From the IMG/VR virus record IMGVR_UViG_3300050500_000090: a stretch of DNA of 42,398 nucleotides. One strand, written 5' to 3'. The position numbers and the translations under genes are program-made. This DNA comes from a virus. Numbering within the stretch: position 1 is the first letter of the stretch; each line of letters begins with the position of its first letter. Below, piece after piece: positions 7,852 to 18,418 of this stretch. The notes under the pieces are model-generated. The model had not been told where the DNA came from. It made no database searches and saw only the letters and a list, made by a program, of their open reading frames with translations.

Positions 7852-8363
7852 TTATCGACTATCGGCCAGAGCACCTTTTAGCGATCCAATGGCAGCGGGA
7901 GCAGGAAGGCTACGGAACGTCCCGCTCTCACGCCGAAGCAGTAGGACATAGCTGGAGCGCCAAGACAGCCCTTCAAGACGGTGTCCCTGTCATGTGCGCT
8001 GGGATAATGGAAGTCTGGGAACAGCGCGCAATGGCCTGGGCTGCTGTCGATTGGCGAGCGAGCCGAGCGACTTTCCTGGAGGCTCATAAGGCCATGCTGC
8101 CGGAGCTTGACCGCGCTCCGTTTCGTCGTCTAGAGATGTATGTCAAGCCGGGCTTTTTTGCCGCGTGGCGCTGGGCTCAATTGCTTGGCTTCACTTACGA
8201 AAGCACGATGAAAGCCGGATCGCCTGACGGCAAGGATCTATTCGTCTTCGTGCGTTTGAACGGTCGTGCGGCATACGAAATGCTTACGGAGAAAAGACAT
8301 GCAGTTCGCAGCCGTGTTCATGGCAGGCGTGCAAGCGCTCGGATCTGTCGTCAGCGGAGCTGA
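7848..8363 (+). CDS. Hypothetical protein in the position of T7 gp13 / internal virion protein A
   Basis: TTG start overlapping the nozzle stop (TTGA). 171 aa. The function is assigned by synteny only, and the C-terminal 65 nt overlap the next gene. Confidence 0.45.
   Translation: MIIDYRPEHLLAIQWQREQEGYGTSRSHAEAVGHSWSAKTALQDGVPVMCAGIMEVWEQRAMAWAAVDWRASRATFLEAHKAMLPELDRAPFRRLEMYVKPGFFAAWRWAQLLGFTYESTMKAGSPDGKDLFVFVRLNGRAAYEMLTEKRHAVRSRVHGRRASARICRQRS
8252..8263 (+). repeat. GCGTTTGAACGG dispersed 12-mer, exact copy 2
   Basis: Read directly from the sequence. Inside CDS 7848..8363 (codes VRLNG), 36 nt before ATG 8299. Confidence 0.95.
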
Positions 8364-8781
8364 AGAGCGTAACCAGCTTCAATATAGCGCCGAAGTCAAT
8401 GATCGGAACGCGCTATATAAGCAACAGAACGCCACGTTGGAAAATCAACTGGCGACAGCGGACGCCAATCTTCAGAGACGACGCGGCAGAGAAGCTACGG
8501 CGGAGACGTCTGCTGCGCTGGCGCAATCCGGCTTTTTGGTCAACGGTGACGCCGCTCGCGCGATACAAGCCAGCGGAGCGGAAGCCGAAATGGACGCGCT
8601 GTCGATCCAATATCGCGGCCTGCTGCGAGCGCGAGGCGAAACCATCGAAGCAGCCGGGTTACGAGCCCAGGCGAGAGCCGATAGAGCCGCCGCGAAGGCT
8701 GTGCCTGCTAAGACCCTCATCCGCGCCGCGACATCGGCCATGAGCGGCTACTCCACAATGCGCGGCATGAGGATCGCATAA
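8299..8781 (+). CDS. Small internal virion protein (T7 gp14-like position), 160 aa
   Basis: Internal ATG of track ORF 8266..8781 (MQFAAVFMAGVQALGSVVSG...) with GGAGAAAAGAC upstream. Hydrophobic N-terminus followed by an Ala/Arg-rich helical region. Confidence 0.55.
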   Translation: MQFAAVFMAGVQALGSVVSGAEERNQLQYSAEVNDRNALYKQQNATLENQLATADANLQRRRGREATAETSAALAQSGFLVNGDAARAIQASGAEAEMDALSIQYRGLLRARGETIEAAGLRAQARADRAAAKAVPAKTLIRAATSAMSGYSTMRGMRIA

Positions 8782-8783
8782 CC

Positions 8784-11372
8784 ATGGCTATTCAGGTTCC
8801 CGTCTATCGCCAGCAGACGGCGTTTGGTGGCGCTCCCGACGCGAGCGGCACAAATGAGCGCATGCGCCCTACAGGGATCGGCGAGGCTATTTCCGATCTC
8901 GGCGAAGCTGGTCTGCGCATGGCCGCGAATGCGGACCGCGTCAACCGGGAGAACGCCGCGTCGAATGCGATCTTCGCCGTCTCCGATACGAACCTCGCCA
9001 TGGAGGAAGCGTTTCAGAAGGCGAAGGAGCAGGCGCAGCCGGGCGCTCCGCAGTTCACGCCGAACCTGATGAAGAACTATGACGCCGAGATCGAGCGGCG
9101 CGCCACGGCTCTTCCGGACGAGTTGACGCGAAAAGCCTATCGGGAGAGAATGGCTGCGTCTCGTGACAATTTCGGGGCTCGCTCGCTGGCTTGGGAGAGC
9201 GCCGAGAACAAACGCAACAAGATCGACAACTTCTCGAAGACGGCCGATAACGATGCGAACCAGCTCTTTGCAGCGGACGCGGCCAGTCGCGGTATTGTCT
9301 ACCAGTCGCAGAAAGAACAGTTCGATCAAGCGATTGACGTGCTGGAGCTGGAGCCAGGAGACAAGGCGAAGCTCAAGGAAGAAGCGCAGAACAAGCGCAG
9401 CTATGCCGCTGTTCAGGGCGATCTTCGCGACCGTCCGGACCGCGTACAGGACTGGCTGACGAATGGCGGAGGCGGTTCCTACTTCGCCATGCTGCGTTCT
9501 GCGGAGAGCGGCGGCAGGAACATCGGCAGCGACAGTTCAAGCGCTTTCGGACCGTATCAGTTCACATCCGGAACGTGGTCGAATGTGATCAAGCGGCATC
9601 CGGATCTCGGCTTGACGGAGGCAGACCGCTTCAACCCGGCAAAGCAGGAGATCGCGATCCGCGCCTTCACGGCAGACAACGCTCTCGCATTGAAGAGCGC
9701 TGGCTTGCCACAGACGGATGTCAATCTCTACATGATGCATTTCCTTGGCGAAGCTGGCGGTCGTAGAATGATTGTCGGCTTGATGCATCACGCGGGAGAA
9801 GACGCGCGCAACTTCGCCGATCCTAAAGCCGTTGCGGCGAACCCTACGATCTTCAACGGGCGCAGCGTTGAGCAAGTCTTCAAGCTGTTCGGGGGCAAGT
9901 TCGGCGACAAAGAGACATGGAAGAACGTCTCGGATGCGCCAAACTACTACGCCGATATCCCCTTCGCAAAGCGCGATATGCTCTACGGGCAAGCCGAAAC
10001 GGAGATGAACAAGCGGCGCGCTCAAGGCGAGGCTGCATTCCGTCAGCGCGTGGATAATGCTGTCGCCGAATACAGCACGACCGGGAGTGCGTCGTCAGCG
10101 CCGACAGAGCCGGAATTCGTCGCGGCTATGGGAGCCCAGCGCGGCTCAGTCGCTTACGGAGAATTCCAGGCGAACGCAGTCGGGGCGGCGGCGGGCTATC
10201 GCGTGCAGCGCATGTCTCTGGCAGAAGGTGCACAGTATGTCGAGAGCCTGAAGCCGGCCGCTGGCGATCCGTTCTACGCGGAGAAGTCGCGCGGCTACGC
10301 CCAGGCGAAGGAGGTCGCGGACCGCGTCAGGACGTCGGCGCTGACGGACTTCGGCCAGCACGTCGCCACCTTCAACGAGGAAGCTCGCTCGGCTCTGGGA
10401 ACCGCTATGACCTCCAACGACGCGGCAGCGGCGAAGGCAGCAGCCCAGAGCTATGCGCGCATCATTGACACAGAAGCTGTTCGCCTGGGCGTCCCTGCTG
10501 CCGGACGCGGCTTCCTGCCGAAAACCTACAGCCAGCAGATCGCCGCGACCCTTGACCAGAAGTTGACGAAGGACGCCGACGCCGCCGTGGTCGTTCAAAC
10601 GCTCAATGAATTCCGGGATCGCTGGGGAGAGAACTGGCCGCGCATCTACAGCGAGATGAAGGAGACGCTGTCGCCGACGCTGCAAGTTGTCACATCTGGC
10701 GTCCAGCCGCGAGCGGCCATGACGCTGGTTTCTGTCGCGAACCAGAGCTTTGACGACCTCGCCAAGGTGCTGCCGAAGAGCACGAAGACGGATATCACGG
10801 AGAACTTGCAGGAAGCCTTCCAGCCTTTCGTCACGTCTACGATGTGGCAACAGTCAAGCCTTCCGACCGTCACGAACTTTTTCGAGCAAGCAAAGAAGCT
10901 TTCGGCTGTTTACGTAGCGCAGGGCGAAACGGCGGGAGACGCGGCGACGCGTGCTTACGAAGACGTTCTCGGCTTCAAATATCGCATGCTCTCTGCAAGC
11001 TCGGCGAATGTCCGCGTGCCGAAGCCGGTTGACTTTCCGGAGCTGGAGCATGTGTTGAAGTTTGAGCGGCTGAACATTATCGAGCGTCGTATTGCGGCGA
11101 ACCCGAACGATCCTGTTACGAAGTTTGATCCTGTTGCCGCTGATCGTCTCGTCAAACAGCAATATGCCGACGATAGCAAGTGGGTGACAATGCCAGACGA
11201 AAGCGGCGTCGCTCTGATGCGTGGGAAAGAGCTGCGTCCTGACAAAGACGGCAAGCCTATTGTTCTGTCGTGGCAAGAGCTGCGCGCTTCTCGTGACCGC
11301 ATGAAGACCCGCGCGGAAGAAGAGGCGCAGAGTGAACAGACGATGTTCGGCTTCTGGCATATGGGGGATTAA
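8784..11372 (+). CDS. Internal virion/ejection protein with lytic transglycosylase (SLT) domain
   Basis: 862 aa. SLT signature at about 9470..9790: AESGGRNIGSDSSSAFGPYQFTSGTWSNV (catalytic E-S, AxGxxQF, TW). Confidence 0.85.
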   Translation: MAIQVPVYRQQTAFGGAPDASGTNERMRPTGIGEAISDLGEAGLRMAANADRVNRENAASNAIFAVSDTNLAMEEAFQKAKEQAQPGAPQFTPNLMKNYDAEIERRATALPDELTRKAYRERMAASRDNFGARSLAWESAENKRNKIDNFSKTADNDANQLFAADAASRGIVYQSQKEQFDQAIDVLELEPGDKAKLKEEAQNKRSYAAVQGDLRDRPDRVQDWLTNGGGGSYFAMLRSAESGGRNIGSDSSSAFGPYQFTSGTWSNVIKRHPDLGLTEADRFNPAKQEIAIRAFTADNALALKSAGLPQTDVNLYMMHFLGEAGGRRMIVGLMHHAGEDARNFADPKAVAANPTIFNGRSVEQVFKLFGGKFGDKETWKNVSDAPNYYADIPFAKRDMLYGQAETEMNKRRAQGEAAFRQRVDNAVAEYSTTGSASSAPTEPEFVAAMGAQRGSVAYGEFQANAVGAAAGYRVQRMSLAEGAQYVESLKPAAGDPFYAEKSRGYAQAKEVADRVRTSALTDFGQHVATFNEEARSALGTAMTSNDAAAAKAAAQSYARIIDTEAVRLGVPAAGRGFLPKTYSQQIAATLDQKLTKDADAAVVVQTLNEFRDRWGENWPRIYSEMKETLSPTLQVVTSGVQPRAAMTLVSVANQSFDDLAKVLPKSTKTDITENLQEAFQPFVTSTMWQQSSLPTVTNFFEQAKKLSAVYVAQGETAGDAATRAYEDVLGFKYRMLSASSANVRVPKPVDFPELEHVLKFERLNIIERRIAANPNDPVTKFDPVAADRLVKQQYADDSKWVTMPDESGVALMRGKELRPDKDGKPIVLSWQELRASRDRMKTRAEEEAQSEQTMFGFWHMGD

Positions 11373-13862
11373 ATGGACGATCCTAATTACGTCCCTTTCG
11401 GCAATGCTCCTCTGTTTGTCAGAGACGAACCTATTGCCGACATGACGCCGTCGTTTTCCACCTATTTCGAGAGCGCCGCTGGAAACGTGCTGCGCGATAG
11501 CCCAACGTCGTCACTCTTCCGAGCAACGGAGCTGGCTGGCGCGAATGCGGAGCAAGGCGGCTTTGACGAATTCGGCGTCTATCACGGCGGCATGCAGGAG
11601 ACGCGGAGAACAGTGTCGTCTGAGGATGCCAAAGCTAAGGCGGAGGAAGCTGGCGTCACTGTCGATTTCGGCGGAGATCGCTACACGCCTGAAGCCGTGG
11701 ATATCATGATCGACCGCGCGAAGCGTCGCACTATTCGCGATGTTGTCGTCAACGCTTACGATCCGTCTTGGGGAACGCAGCTCGGCGTCTCTCTGGTGAC
11801 GTCCCTCGCCGATCCGCTCAACATTGGCGCGGCGTTTATCCCCTTCGTCGGCGAGGCGCGCTATGCGGCGATCCTGGAAGGAGCAGCCAGCTTCGCGGGA
11901 CGAACCGGCATCCGCGCGGGCCTGGGCGCTGCTGAAGGTCTGGCGGGCGCTGCCTTGGTGGAGCCGCTTATCGCGGGCGCAGCGCTTCAGGAAGGCCGCG
12001 ACTATACCCTTGCCGACAGCCTCTACAATCTCGCTTTCGGCACGGCTTTCGGCTCCGGCCTGCACGCGGCTGGCGGCGCGATCAAGGAGAAGCTGTTTCA
12101 GCGCCGCGTCAATTCCGAGCCCGTTCAAACGCCTGCTGACATTGTCGAGCGTCTGCCTGTCGAAGTGAACGAGGCTGCTCTGCGCGGCGCGATCTCCGAC
12201 TTGATCCATGGCCGCGCCGTACAGTCTAGCGAGCTGATTGACAGCTTGATCGGCCAAAATCCACAGCTCAAAGAGGCGCTATCCGTTACATCCACGCTTC
12301 GCCGAGACGGCCCGGATCTGGACGACATTCCCGGACGCATTGAATACTGGGAGAAGAACCTCACGGCGCTGAAGGAGAAGACCGCGAAGGGCGTGGACTT
12401 CCCGACATGGCTCCGGCAGCAGGGCGGCGTCAAGGATACGGACGGAGCGCTTGCGGCTGCGCTCGGAGATGTTTCGCATCTGAAGAGTTCCGTCTACATC
12501 TCGCAGCGGGGAGCAGCCAGGGCGAAGCGGGGCCTGTCGCTGGACGAGCTGTTGACCAAGGCGAAGCAGGCGGGATACGCCGAAACGATGGAGGAGCTTG
12601 TCGCCGCCTTCCGCCCAGGCGCGAAAGCCGTCACCAGGGACGCACAGAAGGCCGCTAAGGCGCGGGAAGATCTGGCGGCTTGGGCTGCGACGCTGGAGAC
12701 GGAGAGCGGCGTAGGGAAGAACAGGCCGCTTTCTGTGAAGGCGCGTGCCATCGCTGGCCGGGAGCAGCATATCCTCGCCTCGGAGCGTGCCCGCGTCGCC
12801 AATGCTATCGACGCGCTTATGGGGCGCAAGAAGGATTATCAGGCGATTGCGGAAGGCCCTATCGATAAGGAGGTTCCGGAGTATGTGCCAGAGCCCGCGC
12901 CAAAGGCAGCAGCGGAGACGGAAGGGGCTGCGAAGTCTGCTGAGACCCCGGCTAAGGAAGCGCAGACGCCAGCCGCTCCCGTATATTCCGAGCGGCAAGT
13001 TCTCAAAGCTATCGAAACATCCATTAAAGTGAACGAAGGAAACCCGGTTCCGACGGATCGCGTAATGAAGGACTATCTTCCCGGCATGTCGCGGAGTAAG
13101 TTCGATGCTGCCGTTAAGAAGATCGCAAAGAACCGTCCGGATCTCGTCAAGAAGAAGGGAAAGGACGGAACCGAAATCGTTATGTTCGGAAAGCTCTCGA
13201 AGGAAGCGCAAGAGGCTAGGGAGCGTGCGGACGTTGATGCTCGCGTGAATTCGCTTCGCCGTGTTATGGAGCAGAAATATCCTTCTCTCGGCAACGGGCC
13301 TTTCTTCTTGAACGAGCTGTTCGGACCGCGTATGCGTACCGTGTTCAACATGGGGGAAGCGCAGATCGTTCGCTATGTGAACCGCATGGCGGCAGAAGGT
13401 AAGGTGGAGCTGACAGCCCAGGCGCAGACGTCAACGAACCCTCCCCGCAAGATCGGCCGCATCAACGCTGACCACCTCTACAGCGACGACCGGAGCGCAG
13501 ATGTCCGCATTACCTTTAAAGAGAAAGTCCCGCCGCAACCGAAGAGAAAAGTTGCGGAAGCTGCTCAAGGAACCGTTGCCGTCTCCGAGCCTGTCACACT
13601 GCCTCCAGCGATTACGGCTAAAGTTGAAACACCTCCCGCGCCGCTTAACGCGCTGAAGACGGCGGAGATCGTCACTTACGAAGCGCAGTTCAAGGCTGTT
13701 GAAGCAGCGACACAGAAACAGTTCGATGCAATGGCCAGTATGCTGCCTCCGGAAACGGCGCTGCGTCTGAAAGCCCAGCTCGAAAAGATCAACCTGGAGC
13801 AGGGCGAACTTGAGAACGTCTACAACACGGCTGTGCAATGTCTGCTAAATCCGGAGAGCTAA
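11373..13862 (+). CDS. Large internal virion/ejection protein (gp15/16-like position), 829 aa
   Basis: The start abuts the previous stop (TAA then ATG). Assigned by size and synteny. Contains an Ala/Pro/Glu/Lys-rich linker. No catalytic motif recognised. Confidence 0.55.
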   Translation: MDDPNYVPFGNAPLFVRDEPIADMTPSFSTYFESAAGNVLRDSPTSSLFRATELAGANAEQGGFDEFGVYHGGMQETRRTVSSEDAKAKAEEAGVTVDFGGDRYTPEAVDIMIDRAKRRTIRDVVVNAYDPSWGTQLGVSLVTSLADPLNIGAAFIPFVGEARYAAILEGAASFAGRTGIRAGLGAAEGLAGAALVEPLIAGAALQEGRDYTLADSLYNLAFGTAFGSGLHAAGGAIKEKLFQRRVNSEPVQTPADIVERLPVEVNEAALRGAISDLIHGRAVQSSELIDSLIGQNPQLKEALSVTSTLRRDGPDLDDIPGRIEYWEKNLTALKEKTAKGVDFPTWLRQQGGVKDTDGALAAALGDVSHLKSSVYISQRGAARAKRGLSLDELLTKAKQAGYAETMEELVAAFRPGAKAVTRDAQKAAKAREDLAAWAATLETESGVGKNRPLSVKARAIAGREQHILASERARVANAIDALMGRKKDYQAIAEGPIDKEVPEYVPEPAPKAAAETEGAAKSAETPAKEAQTPAAPVYSERQVLKAIETSIKVNEGNPVPTDRVMKDYLPGMSRSKFDAAVKKIAKNRPDLVKKKGKDGTEIVMFGKLSKEAQEARERADVDARVNSLRRVMEQKYPSLGNGPFFLNELFGPRMRTVFNMGEAQIVRYVNRMAAEGKVELTAQAQTSTNPPRKIGRINADHLYSDDRSADVRITFKEKVPPQPKRKVAEAAQGTVAVSEPVTLPPAITAKVETPPAPLNALKTAEIVTYEAQFKAVEAATQKQFDAMASMLPPETALRLKAQLEKINLEQGELENVYNTAVQCLLNPES
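12121..12132 (-). repeat. GCGTTTGAACGG dispersed 12-mer, exact copy 4 (reads CCGTTCAAACGC on + strand)
   Basis: Read directly from the sequence. Antisense within CDS 11373..13862 (the + frame codes EPVQTP). Confidence 0.95.
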
Positions 13863-14011
13863 GCGCGCTGGAGCGGGAATGCGTCGCAAAGCTCCCTTCC
13901 GCTCTGTTGCCGCTGCTGTCGCACGCGAAAGCTTGCCCGTGCAGCGTGCTGGCAATCTACCGGGCTAAGGGACTTCTCGCGGCAGAACAGTATCTGGAGC
14001 GCTTGAAATGA
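13838..14011 (+). CDS. Hypothetical 57-aa protein (below ORF-track cutoff)
   Basis: ATG 13838 overlaps the end of 11373..13862. Stop TGA 14009-14011 overlaps ATG 14008 (ATGA). Translation: MSAKSGELSALERECVAKLPSALLPLLSHAKACPCSVLAIYRAKGLLAAEQYLERLK. It fills an otherwise empty 145-nt gap. Confidence 0.4.
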   Translation: MSAKSGELSALERECVAKLPSALLPLLSHAKACPCSVLAIYRAKGLLAAEQYLERLK

Positions 14012-16581
14012 ACGCAGACCGCTGCATTCGTACAATCATTGACGAGACACAAACTCGGCTGACGAAGCAAGAGGTCGGCGCGATTGTCGAGATGCTGATT
14101 GCCTACGACATTCACCCGCGCAATCAGCAAGTCTTCGGACCATTCTCCCCGGAGCAAGGTCGCATCCAAGCCGCGCTGGAGAACCCACAGACGGCGACGC
14201 TACAACAGGCTCGGGATGTGTTGATTGCGCGGGCTCGGTTGGTCGCAGCCCAGCAGCGGGCTAACGTCGTCATGGACGCAGCCAAACGCGGCCAGCGCTT
14301 CATTACGTACCAGAACGCAGGGGACGAAAGCCTCGGCGTGCAGTCGAAGCTTGTCGGCACGAACACGCCGTTTCTCGGATCTCGCGACAGCGCGGCAGCA
14401 GCAATCCAAGGGAACACCTACAACCTTCTCGGCACGTTTGACGCAGAGCTGAAGCAGGCTGGTCTTGACAGGATCTTTGCTTCTGGAGCGATGGAGCGCG
14501 ACTGGACGCGGGAACTCTTCGAGCTGAACAGGACAGCTCCAGGACCGAGACGACCCGTGACGCGCAATCCTCAGGCGCTCCAGATCGCGCGTATTGTGCA
14601 GAACATGCAGCGGCGCGCCGTGGAAATGCTGAATAACGAAGGCGCTTTCGTCGGCTCTTATGACGGCTATATCGCGCGGACGACGCATGACAAGGATCTC
14701 GTTCGGCGCATGGGCGAAGACCGTTGGATAGGATACGCTCAGCAATGGTTCGATATCCCGACGATCTATCCGAACAGGACGCAAGCGCATATCGAAACGC
14801 AGCTTCGCGCCCAGTATAAGCGGATCGTCAGCGGCCTGCATGACAGCTACGACATGGACGAGCTGGACTTGATACCGGATAGCGTCGGCGGGCAAAACCT
14901 CGCCAAGAAGGTCTCCCAAAGCCGCGTTATCCACTTCAAGGATGCCGATAGCTGGCTGGCGTATATGGGCGTCGCGTCGCAAATGACGCCGTCACAGATC
15001 ATCATGCGTTCGGCACAATCGGCGGCGCGTGACGCTGGCTTAATGCGGATCTGGGGGACGAACCCAAAGCGAGCAATGCAGACGGACATTCAGGTTCTTC
15101 AGCAGGAAGCTCGCGGGCGCAGCGACTACGACATGATCGAGCGGCTGACGACCGAAACGCCGCGCTACAATCTGTGGATGGACTACATGACGGGCGAAGC
15201 GAACCGTCCGCATAACGAAACCTGGGCGCGCGTCACGTCGAATATCCTCAGCGTTCAGCGCATGGCGAAGCTCGGTTTCCTGCCGTTCGCCCAGCTTGTC
15301 GATCTGGCCAGCATCAGCGGCGAGCTGCGCTACCAGGGCGTCGGCTTTATCGACCGCATGACGTCGGGGCTGACGGCGTACTTTCGCGGCGGGATGAACA
15401 GCGAGAAGCGTCAGGTCGCGGATCTGCTGGGAGCCTATCTCGACGGCGAGCTGGCTCAATACAACGCGGATCTGGAGCTGCACGACCCGCGCCAGCTCGG
15501 AGGCTTCACGGGGCGTTTGAACAGGCTTCAGGATATCTTCTTCCGCTACTCCGGAGCCCAGGCGCTGACGAACCGGGCGCGCGGCGGGCTGCTCCATATG
15601 ATGTCTCGGCATATGGGCAGCTTCCACGGGCAGTTCTGGGGAGCACTGGACACGGCGGAGCAGCGTATCATGAGCGCCTTCAACATTGGCGAGCATGAGT
15701 GGAACGCGTTGATGCGTGCGCAATGGACGACGGGCGTCGAAGGTGGAACGTTTCTGACGCCGAGAGATGCCTATAACATTCCTGACGCGGCAATCTCGGC
15801 TTACAATGCCGCAACGGGCGTCGTCTTCGAGTACGACACCTTTCGCGAAGAGATGGCGAACCGTCTCTATTCGTACTATGCGGACCGCATGGATTACGGC
15901 GTCCTCAATCCCGGCATTGCGGAGAAGGCGATCCTCTACCAGGGGGCTGCTCCCGGCTCCGCTCTCGGCGTAACGCTTCGGCTAATCACGCAATTCAAGT
16001 CATTCATGGTCGCGAACTTCCGCCGAACCTGGGGACGCGAGATCTACGGCGGGCAAGGCAGGCTCGGCGCTGTCGCGGGCATTGCTGAGTACGCGATCAC
16101 GGGCGCTGTGCTGGGCGTGCTGGCGAACGGCATGAACCAGCTTTTCAAGGGGCAAGATCCTTTCAGCCAGTGGGACAACGATCCGGGAAGGGCGATCCTC
16201 GCAGGGCTGACGCGCGCAGGAACCTCCAGCATGATTGGAGACTTCATGTTCGGCGAGCTGGGACGGCATGGGCAGAGCGTCGCGGCCTACCTGCTGGGAC
16301 CGAACGTCGGCTCTGTCGAGAGCTTCATGCGGGCGTATCAAGCGGCGCGCAGCGGAGAGAACCCGTCTGGCGAGCTGCTGTCCTTCGTCCGGGGCATGAC
16401 ACCATTCGCCAATATGTTCTATACCAAGATGGCGCTGGATTTCCTGGTATGGAACGGGTTGACGGAGATGGCGAGCCCTGGCTACCTCAGGCGAACCGAG
16501 CGCCGTCTGAAGCAGACGCAGGGCATAGAATTCTTGAAGTATCCAGTTGACCTTTCGCCGAACAATATGAGGGCTTTCTAA
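14008..16581 (+). CDS. Large internal virion/ejection protein, 857 aa
   Basis: Assigned by size and synteny between the ejection-protein genes and the tail fibre. TAATG overlap with the fibre gene. Confidence 0.55.
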   Translation: MNADRCIRTIIDETQTRLTKQEVGAIVEMLIAYDIHPRNQQVFGPFSPEQGRIQAALENPQTATLQQARDVLIARARLVAAQQRANVVMDAAKRGQRFITYQNAGDESLGVQSKLVGTNTPFLGSRDSAAAAIQGNTYNLLGTFDAELKQAGLDRIFASGAMERDWTRELFELNRTAPGPRRPVTRNPQALQIARIVQNMQRRAVEMLNNEGAFVGSYDGYIARTTHDKDLVRRMGEDRWIGYAQQWFDIPTIYPNRTQAHIETQLRAQYKRIVSGLHDSYDMDELDLIPDSVGGQNLAKKVSQSRVIHFKDADSWLAYMGVASQMTPSQIIMRSAQSAARDAGLMRIWGTNPKRAMQTDIQVLQQEARGRSDYDMIERLTTETPRYNLWMDYMTGEANRPHNETWARVTSNILSVQRMAKLGFLPFAQLVDLASISGELRYQGVGFIDRMTSGLTAYFRGGMNSEKRQVADLLGAYLDGELAQYNADLELHDPRQLGGFTGRLNRLQDIFFRYSGAQALTNRARGGLLHMMSRHMGSFHGQFWGALDTAEQRIMSAFNIGEHEWNALMRAQWTTGVEGGTFLTPRDAYNIPDAAISAYNAATGVVFEYDTFREEMANRLYSYYADRMDYGVLNPGIAEKAILYQGAAPGSALGVTLRLITQFKSFMVANFRRTWGREIYGGQGRLGAVAGIAEYAITGAVLGVLANGMNQLFKGQDPFSQWDNDPGRAILAGLTRAGTSSMIGDFMFGELGRHGQSVAAYLLGPNVGSVESFMRAYQAARSGENPSGELLSFVRGMTPFANMFYTKMALDFLVWNGLTEMASPGYLRRTERRLKQTQGIEFLKYPVDLSPNNMRAF

Positions 16582-18008
16582 TGTCCGTACCAGCAGGGAC
16601 TGCAAGGGTTCGCTATATCGGCACGGGAACAACAGGGCCGTTTGCGTTCAACTTCAAGCTTTACGATCAGACACACTTGAACGTCGTCAAGACGAATACG
16701 CTTGGCGTCGATACTGTGCTTACTCTCACGACTGATTACACAGTCTCTCTCGCTGCTGACCTCTCCAGCGCCACGATAGCGACTGTTGCTCCTGTCGCGG
16801 GAGACGGGATCGACGACGGGGACAGCGAGATCCTGACGCTGACGCGCGATCCTCCGATCTCGCAGCTTATCGAGTGGCCGCGCAGCGATCCGTTCCCTTC
16901 GGCGACGCACGAAAGAGCGGCCGATCTCGCTGTCATGCTTCTTGATCGTCTGAACGAGAAGCTAGGGCGTACGCTGCTGCTCCCGGAAAGCTCTGTGCTG
17001 ACGGGTCTCCAGTTGCCGAACCCGGACCCGCTGCTCTTCCTTCGCTGGAACGCGGCAGGCGACGCACTGGAGAATATGTCTGTCGCCAGCCCTGGGGCTT
17101 TGATCGTTTCGCCCTTTATGCAAACGATGCTGGACGATCTGACGGCAGCGGCTGCGCGGACAACGTTAGGTTTGGGCTCTCTCGCGACGTTGAACTCCAT
17201 CGCCACGGCGAACCTGGACAACAACGCCGTGACTTATGCGAAGATGCAGCAGGTTTCTGCGGAAGCGCGCGTCCTCGGTCGCAATCAGTCAGCGGGCGTC
17301 GGCAACGTCCAGGAGATGACACGTTCCAATGTCCTGGATATGGGTGGAGCATCGCAAGGACTTATCATCTATCGCGGCGCGACGACATGGGACAATCTTG
17401 CGCCGGGAACCAGCGGGCAAATGCTGCGCACCAATGGTGGCGGCGCTAATCCGTCGTGGCAATTCCCTGGTTGCACGCTTCTCGCAGCCGGTTCCGTTTC
17501 CAATCAGGCTTCGCTTGATATCGTTCTGTCTTCGTTTATCGGCGCGTTCCCGATTATCAAAATCTTTCTGGAAAACGTGTTTCCGGTCACGAATGACGAA
17601 GAATTGTGGATGCGCACTTCCACCAACGGAGGAAGCAGCTACGACAGCGGAGCATCAGACTACGCCTTCATTATGCAGGGCATGGACAGTAGCGGCAACG
17701 TCCGGCAAGCAAACTCTAGCGCATTGGGTCGAATTGAGTTTGCTGGCGATGGCGTTGGTTCTGCTGGTATCAGCAACGTTGCTTCGGACGGCGGCGTTAA
17801 TGCCGAAATTACTCTGTATGAGCCATCGTCAACCACGCATTTCCAGAATATCCACACGCAAGCGTCTTACTATCTCCCTGCTGACAGAGCCACTGTCACT
17901 CACACGACGGGAGTTAGACTTGCGGCGCAAGATCTGGATGCGGTTCGGTTCTTGTTTAGCGCGGGGAATATCGCGGGTGGACTGTACAGAGTTTATGGGT
18001 TCGCATAA
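16581..18008 (+). CDS. Tail fibre / receptor-binding protein
   Basis: 475 aa. N-terminus RYIGTGTTGPFAFNFKLYDQTHLNV is typical of phage fibre N-termini. Central ...NNAVTYAKMQQVSAEARVLGR... fibre repeat motif. The C-terminal third is visibly AT-richer. Confidence 0.8.
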   Translation: MSVPAGTARVRYIGTGTTGPFAFNFKLYDQTHLNVVKTNTLGVDTVLTLTTDYTVSLAADLSSATIATVAPVAGDGIDDGDSEILTLTRDPPISQLIEWPRSDPFPSATHERAADLAVMLLDRLNEKLGRTLLLPESSVLTGLQLPNPDPLLFLRWNAAGDALENMSVASPGALIVSPFMQTMLDDLTAAAARTTLGLGSLATLNSIATANLDNNAVTYAKMQQVSAEARVLGRNQSAGVGNVQEMTRSNVLDMGGASQGLIIYRGATTWDNLAPGTSGQMLRTNGGGANPSWQFPGCTLLAAGSVSNQASLDIVLSSFIGAFPIIKIFLENVFPVTNDEELWMRTSTNGGSSYDSGASDYAFIMQGMDSSGNVRQANSSALGRIEFAGDGVGSAGISNVASDGGVNAEITLYEPSSTTHFQNIHTQASYYLPADRATVTHTTGVRLAAQDLDAVRFLFSAGNIAGGLYRVYGFA

Positions 18009-18020
18009 GAGGAAAGCAAA

Positions 18021-18332
18021 ATGGCTGGACAGGTAAGATTATTCGAGAAGAGGGAAGACGGTTCACTTAGCGAAGTCGTCGATCAAGCCAAGATTGACGG
18101 CCTTCGCGCGGGTGGATACGTGTCGCGCATGTGCTTGGAAATCGACGTTGCTTGGAGCGACAGCGAAATACTTGCGCGTCAAGCTGAGGTCGCCGAAGCC
18201 CAGAAGGCTAAGGCGGAAAAAGTCGCGGAAAGTCAGAGACAGGAAGCGCTGCAAACCTCTGCAATGGAGAAGCTTGCGGCGCTTGGTTTGTCGGAAGACG
18301 AGATAAAGGCCGTTACCGGATCTCGGTCGTAA
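18021..18332 (+). CDS. Hypothetical protein, 103 aa (possible fibre-associated/chaperone)
   Basis: AGAGGAAAG upstream of the ATG. Charged helical C-terminal half. The function is assigned by position only. Confidence 0.55.
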   Translation: MAGQVRLFEKREDGSLSEVVDQAKIDGLRAGGYVSRMCLEIDVAWSDSEILARQAEVAEAQKAKAEKVAESQRQEALQTSAMEKLAALGLSEDEIKAVTGSRS

Positions 18333-18340
18333 TCTGGAGG

Positions 18341-18418
18341 CTACCGCTTCCAATCGGGATCGCGGTAGTCTTCCCAGGCTTCGACTTGACGAATGATCCA
18401 TGAAATAAAGCGCGTCAT
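18341..18418 (-). CDS. Speculative minus-strand 25-aa micro-ORF (MTRFISWIIRQVEAWEDYRDPDWKR)
   Basis: AAAGGAACAGGACAC precedes the ATG. A TTGCGG-N17-TATCTA promoter-like pair lies on the - strand at 18479..18451. The stop codon is embedded in the CTACCGC/GCGGTAG hairpin (18341..18368). Confidence 0.25.
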   Translation of the reverse strand: MTRFISWIIRQVEAWEDYRDPDWKR